DNA of 37,849 nucleotides. Origin: Nemertoderma westbladi. Its lineage: Eukaryota; Animalia; Xenacoelomorpha. A program made the translations under genes and the position numbers. The stretch lies in the NCBI GenBank assembly GCA_032718475.1, contig JAUCBJ010000255.1, positions 1 through 37,849 of the forward strand, written 5' to 3'. Shown piece after piece: positions 1 to 9,767 of this stretch; position 1 is the stretch's first letter; every line of letters begins with the position of its first letter. The notes under the pieces are model-generated. The model did no database searches and had not been told where the DNA came from. It worked only from the letters and a program-made list of their open reading frames with translations.

Positions 1-1
1 G

Positions 2-985
2 AAGTCCACAACTTCTACAACAGACATATCTTCACCATCAGAGACTGATGAGTATATAACAGTAGATAATATATCAGACAATTCAAATGAAACTGAAATG
101 GATCCTACTTACTCATACAGCATAAAGGAAAAGAAAGGTGAATCCCTACAAGGAAGTCAGGTACCAACAAACATAAGAAAAGACTCTGTAATAATCACAA
201 ACCCATCAGTGAAATGTCCCTCTACTCTAGAACAAGTCCTCAAAAACAATGAGACCTGGCAAGAACCAAAAAGATCTGCCAAACCAACCTTCAAATCAAA
301 GATCCAGATGCAGCACAACATTAAGACTGAAAACAAATATAGTGAACTAGATAATGATACCAAAATTACCATACTTCCACAACAACTGACTGATTTCTTG
401 GTGAATCTAAATAATGTTTCCAAAGAAACTGTCAATCTAAGAAAATCACAAGGTAGTAGCAAGAATGAACACAACAACTTTAAGCAACATCAAACGAGAT
501 ACGAACAAGAAACCCAACGAAGCACCCCTTCCAACAAACGGAAGCAGTAGAAGCAGCACAGATATGAAGCGGAATAATAAAGGGTTTGATCTACACTACA
601 AAACCTCTAGGGATTCATACTGACACAATAACAATCAAGCCAACTATAATGGTAATCAATATAAATCTATCCTGCAAGATAATAATAGGCATACGGAGTA
701 TGTGAGGAACTCTTGGAGACATGCCCCAGAATCATCTCGACACCAAAGTCAAACATACCAGCAGTATCAGAAGAACAGAGTGAGTAGACATGATTATCCA
801 CATCAACACTTCCCAAACCCTCATCTAAGAGACCAATCTGAACATACCTCGTACCCCAGTAATGACCAATGTGACATAACCTATGACAACAGGTATTACA
901 ACCGATCCAACAGAAGTCATATGGCTAGGAATCGTTTTTAAGCTGGCTCCGAGTATCACAACTGGAGACCTAAATTTCAAAAATG
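2..985 (+). pseudogene. Decayed low-complexity coding sequence, possibly the C-terminal part of a LINE ORF1
   Basis: Frame is open from position 2 to 550, then broken N/Q/R/Y-rich frames. A-rich sense strand. IKTENKYSEL resembles the 'NRF..L' motif of LINE ORF1 proteins. Confidence 0.3.
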
Positions 986-1724
986 CTGGAAATACGAGTA
1001 ATATTTTGCAGAGAAGTGAAATCAGTCTTACTCAGTTTTTAAGACTTGCATTTTAATTTTCACATTTTTTACTCAAAATAGATAGATAGACAATTTGTTG
1101 TCAAAGAATAGTTAAGGAATGTCTCGCAAAGTTTATTCATGTGATTTTTCAGTGAATCTAATTTCGCAATAAAAAAATGTCAAATTAATAGTGCTAAAAC
1201 CCAGCATCACTCTGTAGAACCAATATATTATAAAAAATGTAATATACTATATTAACACTGACACATTGACTTACCTACACATAGTTGCAACACTACAGTG
1301 TATACATGAGACATTGTTTCATAATGTTACATATCGAATAACACTATTACTGCTATATCTAGCACATACTCACAACAATCAATACCCTACATCTAAACAT
1401 TAATTATCATTCCATCTTATATTCAAACGTAATTAACCTGTCAATATTGTACTGATAATGTATGTAGAACAAGTAAATTATTATTATTAGTTAGATGTAT
1501 TTCGTATTAATTAATATGCATTTTATGCTATCGAAATCATTAGAATAATTGGATCTCGTTGGTAACATATGCTATAGTATAGAATTCAATGAACAATAAT
1601 TTATAATTGATACTACCACAAGCTATTTGTAAACATCTGCGACCAGTTATGATGAATAAATCGATATTGAATAATTATTACTTGGCATTCAACAGCTATA
1701 ACTCGGATATTTATCGCCTTTTTC

Positions 1725-1797
1725 TCTCGAGGTTGGGTGGAAGAGTGGGTGACGAGTTGTGAGGAGTTATAACAGTCCCGAGTTCGAACCCGGTTGA
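1725..1797 (+). mobile_element. tRNA-derived (SINE-like) head of an unclassified repeat
   Basis: B-box-like CCCGAGTTCGAACCCGG at ~1777-1793. Weak A box. No cloverleaf. Confidence 0.35.
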
Positions 1798-1810
1798 ATA
1801 TTTTGTTATC

Positions 1811-2099
1811 TGAAAAATTGCGAAATTAAATTTAGTTACTGGTGAAAAATAGTAGAAGTTACCTGTAGACACCTCTAGCGTCTGTAAAATAAAGGTTTGT
1901 AAATATGAAAATACTGGTTGCTGAAAAATAGCGATTTGAAAAATAGTAGACGTTACCTGTAGACACCTCTAGCGTCTGTAAAATATAGGTTGGTGAATAT
2001 GAAAATACTGGTTGCTGAAAAATTGCGATTTGAAAAATAGTAGAAGTTACCTGATGCTAAGTGTAGACACTCGAACACCTGTAAAATAAAGGTTGGTGA
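1811..2099. repeat. ~94-bp tandem repeat, about 2.7 copies
   Basis: GAAAAATAGTAGA recurs at 1844, 1938 and 2032. Confidence 0.85.
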
Positions 2100-2326
2100 T
2101 TGGACGGAGTACTAGCGCTGGGTGACTAATAACGCCTCTAGCGGAATAAGCGGGAACTTGAGAAGTTGCCATGGTTACGGATGAAATGCTGACATCTGAT
2201 TGGTTGAAATAATAACGACCACCGCAAAAGGTTGAAATAGTGGCATCTGATTGGACAGAGTACTAGAAATGGATGGTAATGATGGGCTACGGGTGACCAT
2301 GGCCGGGTGTCATAGTATCTTATACT

Positions 2327-2605
2327 ACTGATAGGTAGCTGGTGATAGGCCGACCTTAAATCGAATTTTGAAAAAACCTTACCAACAGCTATACGATCAA
2401 TAATTTCCGAAACCACTGGGAAGGGGTATGCATCATGTTCAGTGAACTGGTTTATCGTCGAAGCATAATCTATGCAAAACCGACGCTTATCCCCCTCGTG
2501 GGAAATCACACACTGGGACCTCCATGGGCTTTGGGAAGGTTCTATTACCCCATCTCCTAATAGTCGTGTTACTTCGGATTGAATAAACTTACGGTCATCA
2601 CTGCT
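2327..2605 (-). pseudogene. Gypsy reverse transcriptase N-terminal fragment
   Basis: Frame DDRKFIQSEVTRLLGDGVIEPSQSPWRSQCVISHEGDKRRFCIDY...DLRSAYHQLPIS. Catalytic YxDD region absent. Confidence 0.85.
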
Positions 2606-4098
2606 CTGCTCCTGTAACGGGATGCAGAACGGATGGGAGTGGCCTCGGAATTCAGTATAATGACTGACACAGGTTCCACAGCTAACCCCACATTTTCTTC
2701 AACAAACAATTCCTGAAATTCTTCGAGTAACCCACCACTACAGCTTGAGACCCGTAAGTTACCCTGATTACCTCCAAAAGGCAACTGAACCTCGGTAAAC
2801 TCCTTCAGAGCTGACACACCCAGAATTGCCGGATCACACAACTCCCTAGCAATAAACACTGGGACAACTATATAACGGTTATCAATTTCTATAATGGTTT
2901 CAACTTTCCCCAATATATTAAGCGACTGGTTCCCAATAGAAAGACATGAAGTGCCTATTGTGGACCCATTTATCTGCCATTTAAACTTCTTAGCAGTATG
3001 TAAATCAACTAGCGTTATATCCGAACCAGGATCCACAAGCCAATCTAATAGTATATCATTCACCTTTGCCGTTACAAACTTCCTTAAACTTCCACCGGTA
3101 TTCTGGTGTCCGTCATTGGCGGCAACCCGAAATGCAGCCGAACTTGAACTGTTTCCCGGCGCCACATTCCCAGTAGGTTTAGAACCTGGAGTGGTAGAGC
3201 GACACATTCTAGCGAAATGGCCCGGTTTACCACACTTGTGGCAATCAACACTCCTTGCTCTACATTCAGTTTTAGAATGAAAAGCTGCAGAACCGCAACC
3301 AAAACACCTCCATTTCCCTGATGGACTTGACTGTTGGGTCGCCCGACCAGAACATACATAGGCGGGGTTATGGATTGATGACCCATCCACACCGGGTCCA
3401 GTTTCAGCCAATCTTGTGAGAGCCCTTGGGACATTCGCAACTTTAGACCCATGTGACGCTGTAACGCCCCCAGAATGTTCCACAGCTGCTCTCACAGAGG
3501 ACTGTTCAATCTCTGCCGTCGAGAACGCATCCTCAAATCCAAACACATTCCCCGACTTTTCCGCCGATTTATAAGCCCGGAACACTGCAACGCGAATGTC
3601 GTCCGAGGCAACTCCAGTACAAAACGCATCCCGAAGCGCCTCGTTCTCAAAGGCTGCAGGGAAACGACAAAAACTAATATTCTTCCTCAGGTCCGATACA
3701 AAATCATCTAAACTCGCTCCATCACTTGGCTTTGATGAATAAAGCTTAACTCGTTCGCTTAACGCGTTTCTCTCCATCATCAGCTTCTTTTCGAGGAAGC
3801 TAACCGCTTGAGTGAACTCGGTTTCTCCAGGATTTAAGGTTCCCCACACCTTCACCTCGTCGTAATATCTAGCTGCTTTCTCGCCGGAGTAAAGCAACAG
3901 CCAATCTACCTTTTCCGAATCGGGAACTCTGGATAGACGTATGAAGCGCTTAAACTGATTCATCCACTGAGAGAAGTCATCTTTGTCAGGGTTAAACTTC
4001 TCCAAAACACGGCTTAGTGTAGGACCGGTTCTCCGTTGTCCAGTACCAACGTCGTAGGGTTCAGTGTTAGTACTGGTACTCTGATCGGCTTCAGCCAT
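2569..4098 (-). CDS. Gypsy gag-protease polyprotein (ends prematurely after frameshift at ~2605)
   Basis: 509-aa ORF with CCHC knuckles and retropepsin motifs. Confidence 0.85.
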   Translation of the reverse strand: MAEADQSTSTNTEPYDVGTGQRRTGPTLSRVLEKFNPDKDDFSQWMNQFKRFIRLSRVPDSEKVDWLLLYSGEKAARYYDEVKVWGTLNPGETEFTQAVSFLEKKLMMERNALSERVKLYSSKPSDGASLDDFVSDLRKNISFCRFPAAFENEALRDAFCTGVASDDIRVAVFRAYKSAEKSGNVFGFEDAFSTAEIEQSSVRAAVEHSGGVTASHGSKVANVPRALTRLAETGPGVDGSSIHNPAYVCSGRATQQSSPSGKWRCFGCGSAAFHSKTECRARSVDCHKCGKPGHFARMCRSTTPGSKPTGNVAPGNSSSSAAFRVAANDGHQNTGGSLRKFVTAKVNDILLDWLVDPGSDITLVDLHTAKKFKWQINGSTIGTSCLSIGNQSLNILGKVETIIEIDNRYIVVPVFIARELCDPAILGVSALKEFTEVQLPFGGNQGNLRVSSCSGGLLEEFQELFVEENVGLAVEPVSVIILNSEATPIRSASRYRSRAVMTVSLFNPK

Positions 4099-4781
4099 AT
4101 CAGAATTGAATTAATACTTGTATTTTGTCGAGCGTTGAGAAAGAGATACAACTTCAATATTCCAAATACAATATAATATAATAGGCTAACATCATATAGC
4201 CTAACTAACGGTAACGCAATACAAGTATTAATACATCAGGCACAGCTACTACAATCTGTATGTAGGCCTATATATATAACCATAGGTACGGTACCGTATT
4301 TCGCCCTGTACTACACACTACACAAACTCTACAAAGATAATGAAAAAAATATACAGTAGTTGCACCGATTCGGTCGTCCTTACCTTATGTTAGAGGCAAT
4401 GAGTGCGGAAATGAAAAAAAAACAAGGAGACCTCCTTGTAACAAGTACGAAAAATAGAAAAGAAGGTCTCACGACTCATTTCCAGTATAGACCCCACTGG
4501 TACTCATTTAACGATCATTTAATTAACAAAGCATATGCATATATGCGCCCTGGTTTGGTTAGTACCTTTAAAGCATTTGTGCCAAAACGAAAACTATCCC
4601 TGCCCGCCTGCAGGGGTAGAACCCCACGACCTCTGGAGCGATATTAATTCAAGGAAATGAATTTAAATGCTACGCAAGGCTTGAAAAATTGAATACGCGT
4701 GTTTGTATTAGAACACGATCCTTAAAAATACAAAGTATGCTGTCATGTTGTTCGTTCAATATGCTCTAATTAACAATAAAC

Positions 4782-5021
4782 ACAATATTAAAATGTTCTA
4801 GAGTTAATATACGGAAATAAATACCTTCAGCGAATAAAACTGTAATAATCACTTCTGCCTTATCCTTCAGCAAATTAACCTAATATAATAACCTCGGCCT
4901 GCGGCCTCAGGCCTAATTATACAGGTTAATTTGCTTCTGAAACGGCATCCAGTGATTATTCAGTTTTATTCGCTTCAGGTTATTATTTCCGTATATTAAC
5001 TCCAGAACATTGCAATATTGT
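4782..5021. mobile_element. Foldback/MITE-like element with ~100-bp imperfect inverted arms
   Basis: ACAATATT..AATGTTCT.GAGTTAATATACGGAAATAA..GCGAATAAAACTG..AATAATCACT..AGCAAATTAACCT is mirrored on the right. GC-rich centre CCTCGGCCTGCGGCCTC. Confidence 0.75.
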
Positions 5022-5305
5022 ATGTATATAGTATATATTTCTATACTGTATAGTGGTACTATATACTATATAGTAGGCCATGGTGGTTGGGTACCCAGAG
5101 ACCTAATAGAGAGGATTGCATAACGAAGAAACATTAATTTGTTCTAGAATAAGCAATAATATTTAAAGAGCAATGTTTACCATTTATTAACCTTATATTT
5201 TGTTATTTTTCCGGGTAATTTAACCCGAAGAGCACGAACTAGCCGAGGCCTAGTCGAGGCTTTCCTGTTCCGTGGGTAGCATATGATTTAAATTTGAAAA
5301 AAATA

Positions 5306-5327
5306 GGGGGGGGGGGGGGGGGGGGGG
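5306..5327 (+). repeat. G22 homopolymer
   Basis: Seen directly. Confidence 0.95.
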
Positions 5328-5629
5328 TCCGATACCGTAAAAATGGTTGTTGTATTAAGGGGGGAGATGGTGTAATTATAAAATACTTAAATTATCTAAA
5401 TCACTAGCTACAATAACAATAATTAACAATAAACTTTGTTGATCATTATCAACAGCAAATTACTCTGTCATTTCCATGACATGATGTCATAGGTATGTCT
5501 TTATTATATAGTATAGAATATAACATAACCCCTTGGAAATAACCACATAAATAAATATACCGGTACAGTAAAACGATATACATATGTAATGTGCGATATT
5601 TGCCATTTAATTGAATATACCATCGGATA

Positions 5630-7045
5630 ATGTTTAAGTTATTTCGTGAAGAACTATTATCTACAAACAGTTTTAATCAATGCTTAATTTTAATATCAAT
5701 TATGTCAACATCAACTGCAATTAAACTAGGAATCGAAGATGACTTCTATTTAACTAATGAAGGGACCTGTGGCTACACTAAACATGTTAAACCAGAGATC
5801 CAATATATATGTGACCCTTACAATGTCCTTGAAGGTCATGTTGGAATAGTCAATAAAGAGTTGATTGTCTTCGTTGACAATAACAAGAATACAGAAGGCG
5901 ATTGTACAATAAGAGACCTCACTCTCTACATGGTGATACTACCGTCATTCACTTGGTACGATGGTGACAACGTCGCTAGTCAATACGCCTTAAAACTTTA
6001 TAAACAATATATTGAAATTCTCTCCCCAGAATGCGCAGACTTCGCAGTTCTCTATATTATTGGTAAGGACAATAAATTATCATTAGCAGTTCATAAAGAC
6101 CTTCCGAATATCTCAAGGGAACTACATGAGTTCATGGAAGACATGTTGGATGGTTACGTACGAAGGGGAAAGCTCGTGGAGGGTCTCATACAAGTTGTCT
6201 ACACCCTAGACTCCTACATCGAAACTCGGCGCATTCCTAACTATTATTGGTTCGGTCGGCAAATTGCGACCACGTACGATGGGATCGCTGTTTTCGTATT
6301 GTTTTTAGTTTCAGTTTGGTTGGTAATTCTTGCTGTTAAGTCTCGAAAGAGAAAACAAAATGTTATTAATCATATAAGCGAGATCGCGTATATTACAAGT
6401 AGGAATGAACAACGGGATAATGGTTCTAGTTCGGGGAATAATCAACGTGGTTTATGGGACAAAGAAACGTGTAGCGATGTTCCTCCGGCTCCTCTCTCCC
6501 GAATCGAGGAAGATGCATTTAATTGTACGCCGTGCGAATCGGTTCCTCCGAAGGGGCCCCCGCAATGGAGTTCTCTGGTATACCCGGCCATCCCGCCCCT
6601 CCCAAAATTAGGAAAAACGCATAACAATTATTCTGCCTTTAAGCCCAAATGTTGCTGCAGTTGCCATGTAGATAGATGCAGAAATTCTATCAATGATTGT
6701 CAGAGTTGTTGCCAAAGTCACGGCTCGGATTCACGTACAATATCAGTCCCGTCACTGACGAGAGACTCCGCTGCCCGTGGTATCCAGTCGTCAGGACGGC
6801 AGAACATTTGCTCGGAAAACTACAGAAGCTTATCTACAGAACAGAAATGTAGTTATTCAACGAGTTGTAAAAGCGATGGGGATCAATGTAGATGTCCCTG
6901 TAACTGTAAATGTCGAGGATTTAAAAGCAGCTCTCCAATAAAGAGATCGTGTAAACAATATGTGTTGGACAACTTGTGTGGGACGGAATGCGTTTGTAAA
7001 CAAAAAAGGAAAGAGGATGTACACAACAAAATAAAAAAATCGTAA
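5630..7045 (+). CDS. Single-pass membrane protein with extracellular TPM/MOLO-1-like domain and Cys-rich cytoplasmic tail; uninterrupted ORF nested antisense in a Cav2 intron
   Basis: 471-aa ORF. Hydrophobic N-terminal segment (CLILISIMSTSTA). CG..ICDP..VL and Y.R.G...EGL motifs recall the MOLO-1/TPM family. TM helix IAVFVLFLVSVWLVILAV followed by KSRKRK. Cys clusters in the C-terminal third. Confidence 0.72.
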   Translation: MFKLFREELLSTNSFNQCLILISIMSTSTAIKLGIEDDFYLTNEGTCGYTKHVKPEIQYICDPYNVLEGHVGIVNKELIVFVDNNKNTEGDCTIRDLTLYMVILPSFTWYDGDNVASQYALKLYKQYIEILSPECADFAVLYIIGKDNKLSLAVHKDLPNISRELHEFMEDMLDGYVRRGKLVEGLIQVVYTLDSYIETRRIPNYYWFGRQIATTYDGIAVFVLFLVSVWLVILAVKSRKRKQNVINHISEIAYITSRNEQRDNGSSSGNNQRGLWDKETCSDVPPAPLSRIEEDAFNCTPCESVPPKGPPQWSSLVYPAIPPLPKLGKTHNNYSAFKPKCCCSCHVDRCRNSINDCQSCCQSHGSDSRTISVPSLTRDSAARGIQSSGRQNICSENYRSLSTEQKCSYSTSCKSDGDQCRCPCNCKCRGFKSSSPIKRSCKQYVLDNLCGTECVCKQKRKEDVHNKIKKS

Positions 7046-7120
7046 CATTATAATATTTCGTATAACGCAAATTTATGCTCTGTATTTTATTATTAACCTA
7101 CGTAGATTGTCTAGACTTAC

Positions 7121-7325
7121 CAAAAATGAGCACAAGAAAATAAAAGTAACAAAGTAACAGATAGCGACTGCACGAGGCTGACTGCAGCCTGACGTCAAGC
7201 AGGTCTGATAGTCGGCTCCCATTCGTTCGGTTTCATTAAATGTAGCGTCGCAATAATGCTGGGCGCAAGGTTGGTACCCACTGACACTCAGCATTATTAG
7301 TTGCCATGCCTCACCCGTAGCGCAT
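7121..7325 (-). CDS. Cav2: Cav2-type calcium channel alpha-1 subunit, exon encoding domain IV selectivity filter and start of S6 (CATGEAWQLIMLSV...YFVTFIFLCSFL)
   Basis: 205-nt exon, acceptor ACTAG, donor GTAAGT, phase 2/0. It joins the previous exon to complete an Arg codon (AG|A) across a 20,948-bp intron. TGEAW filter glutamate and YFV.FIFLCSFL S6 motif. Overlaps track ORF 7073..7294. Confidence 0.95.
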
Positions 7326-7357
7326 CTAGTAACAAAACAATAAACAATTATACATAG

Positions 7358-8994
7358 GAGTTAAAACGGGGCAATAACGGCTGGGTGGGAAGTTTATAGA
7401 AGAGTTTAAACGGGGCAATAACGGGTGGGTGTGAAGTTTATAGAAGAGTTTAATTTAAACGGGGCAATAACGGGTGGGTTGGAAGTTTATAGAAGAGTTA
7501 AAACGGGGCAATAACGGGTGGGTGGGAAGTTTATAGAAGCGTTAAAACGGGGCAATAACGGCTGGGTGGGAAGTTTATAGAAGAGTTAAAACGGGCCAAT
7601 AACGGCTGGGTGGGAAGTTTATAGAAGAGTTAAAACGGGCCAATAACGGCTGGGTGGGAAGTTTATAGAAGAGTTTAAACGGGGCAATAACGGGTGGGTG
7701 TGAAGTTTATAGAAGAGTTTAATTTAAACGGGGCAATAACGGGTGGGTTGGAAGTATATAGAAGAGTTAAAACGGGGCAATAACGGCTGAGTGGGAAGTT
7801 TATAGAAGCGTTAAAACGGGGCCATAACGGCTGGGTGGGAAGTTTATAGAAGCGTTAAAACGGGGCAATAACGGCTGGGTGGGAAGTTTATAGAAGAGTT
7901 AAAACGGGCCAATAACGGCTGGGTGGGAAGTTTATAGAAGAGTTAAAACGGGCCAATAACGGCTGGGTGGGAAGTTTATAGAAGAGTTAAAACGGGGTCT
8001 TAACGGCTGGGTGGGAAGTTTATAGAAATTTTAAAACGGGCCAATAACGGCTGGGTGGGAAGTTTATAGAAGAATTTAAACGGGGCAATAACGGGTGGGT
8101 GGGAAGTTTATAGAAGAGTTAAAACGCGGCAATAACGGCTGGGTGGGAAGTTTATAGAAGCGTTAAAACGGGGCAATAACGGTTGGGTGTGAAGTTTATA
8201 GAAGAGTTAAAACGCGGCAATAACGGCTGGGTGGGAAGTTTATAGAAGAGTTTAAACGGGGCAATAACGGCTGGGTGGGAAGTTTATAGAAGCGTTAAAA
8301 CGGGGCAATAACGGCTGGGTGGGAAGTTTATAGAAGAGTTAAAACGGGCCAATAACGGCTGGGTGGGAAGTTTATAGAAGAGTTAAAACGGGCCAATAAC
8401 GGCTGGGTGGGAAGTTTATAGAAGAGTTAAAACGGGGTCTTAACGGCTGGGTGGGAAGTTTATAGAAATTTTAAAACGGGCCAATAACGGCTGGGTGGGA
8501 AGTTTATAGAAGAGTTTAAACGGGGCAATAACGGGTGGGTGGGAAGTTTATAGAAGAGTTAAAACGCGGCAATAACGGCTGGGTGGGAAGTTTATAGAAG
8601 CGTTAAAACGGGGCAATAACGGTTGGGTGTGAAGTTTATAGAAGAGTTAAAACGCGGCAATAACGGCTGGGTGGGAAGTTTATAGAAGAGTTTAAACGGG
8701 GCAATAACGGCTGGGTGGGAAGTTTATAGAAGAGTTAAAACGCGGCAATAACGGCTGGGTGGGAAGTTTATAGAAGAGTTTAAACGGGGCAATAACGGGT
8801 GGGTGGGAAGTTTATAGAAGAGTTAAAACGCGGCAATAACGGCTGGGTGGGAAGTTTATAGAAGAGTTTAAACGGGGCAATAACGGGTGGGTGGGAAGTT
8901 TATAGAAGAGTTAAAACGGGGCAATGACGGGTGGGTGGGAAGTTTATAGAAGAGTTAAAACGGGGCAATAACGGTTGGGTGTGAAGTTTATAGA
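7358..8994. repeat. 44-bp satellite, left arm (~37 units), consensus GTTAAAACGGGGCAATAACGGCTGGGTGGGAAGTTTATAGAAGA
   Basis: Period counted directly (7360 to 7404). Confidence 0.98.
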
Positions 8995-9020
8995 TGTTTA
9001 AATGTATGTATAGATGTTTA

Positions 9021-9767
9021 ACTCGAGTACTTGGACAAATATGGGACCTTGACAACGACGAACTCGGATATAATGTATCAAATGTTCACAACTTTATATC
9101 TTCAATTAAACCATGCAAACGAGCAGTTCTTCAATTATTTGCTCGTTTATATGATCCTCTAGGTCTTATTGCTCCGTTTACAGCAAAAATGAAAATTGCC
9201 TTCCATGAACTTTGTGTAGAAAAGGCTGATTGGAATGACGAATTACCACCATCTATTCTAAAGCAATGGAATGAATGGATGAAAACATTACAACTTATTA
9301 ACGAAGTTCGGATACCAAGATATTTATTTAATAAGATCAGCGAGAACGTCTCAACTCAAATCCATGGATTTGGAGATGCCAGTAAAGACATATATGCAGC
9401 GGCAGTATATGTGAGATCTACATTCATTGATGGTTCAATATCAGTACAACTCATAGCATCACGTTCAAAATTAAGCAAACCTATAAAAACAAGCAAAGTC
9501 AAGTTAAACATACCAAGACTGGAATTACAAGCATCGCTCATTACATCAAGGCTTGTTAAGTTCGTAGACAAAGGTCTCAGAATTGAAAATTGTGAACATA
9601 TCATGTGGTCAGATGCTACAGATGTACTTTATTGGATTCATTCTACAAGCAAAGAATGTAACGCATTCGTACAACGTCGTGTGGAAATTATACGACAACT
9701 TACAACTGAACTTAATGCAACTTGGAGGCATATACCAGGTACATTAAACCCTGCGGACATTGCAACA
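9021..9767 (+). pseudogene. BEL/Pao pol, RNase H (Peptidase_A17-like) part, 5' of the LINE insertion
   Basis: Track ORF 8994..9776. The ATG is a satellite/filler junction product and the stop lies in the LINE tail. Confidence 0.88.

Larger units (their letters stand above)
2327..4098 (-). mobile_element. Ty3/Gypsy LTR retrotransposon fragment (probably Mag-like): gag, protease, N-terminal RT; frameshifted and 3'-truncated
   Basis: Two zinc knuckles (CFGCGSAAFHSKTEC, CHKCGKPGHFARMC), protease LVDPGSD...ILG, and RT motifs VIEPSQSPW, RFCIDY, DAYPFP, FSKFDLRSAYHQ. Homology stops near 2327. No LTR identified. Confidence 0.9.

Noticed and set aside
2281-2303. Similarity of GATGGGCTACGGGTGACCATGGC to the Cav2 CATGEAW coding sequence at 7303-7326
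   Set aside because: About 21 of 24 nt with a gap and no extension. A rough estimate puts this near chance expectation.
2894-3711. Short ORFs overlapping gag (likewise those over the BEL and LINE ORFs)
   Set aside because: Antisense or alternate-frame shadows with no recognisable motifs.
4099-4700. Gypsy 5' LTR/PBS and ORF 4360..4647; 15-bp inverted repeat at 4110-4124/4218-4232
   Set aside because: No second LTR for comparison and no convincing PBS. The ORF has no motifs, and the AT-rich inverted repeat is unexplained but weak.
1-7120. Next Cav2 exon (MLNLFVAVIMDNF...)
   Set aside because: Looked for by eye on the minus strand and not found; presumed left of the window.
7300-7335. Helitron-like CTAGT end next to the satellite
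   Set aside because: Explained as the splice acceptor and start of the Cav2 pore exon on the minus strand.
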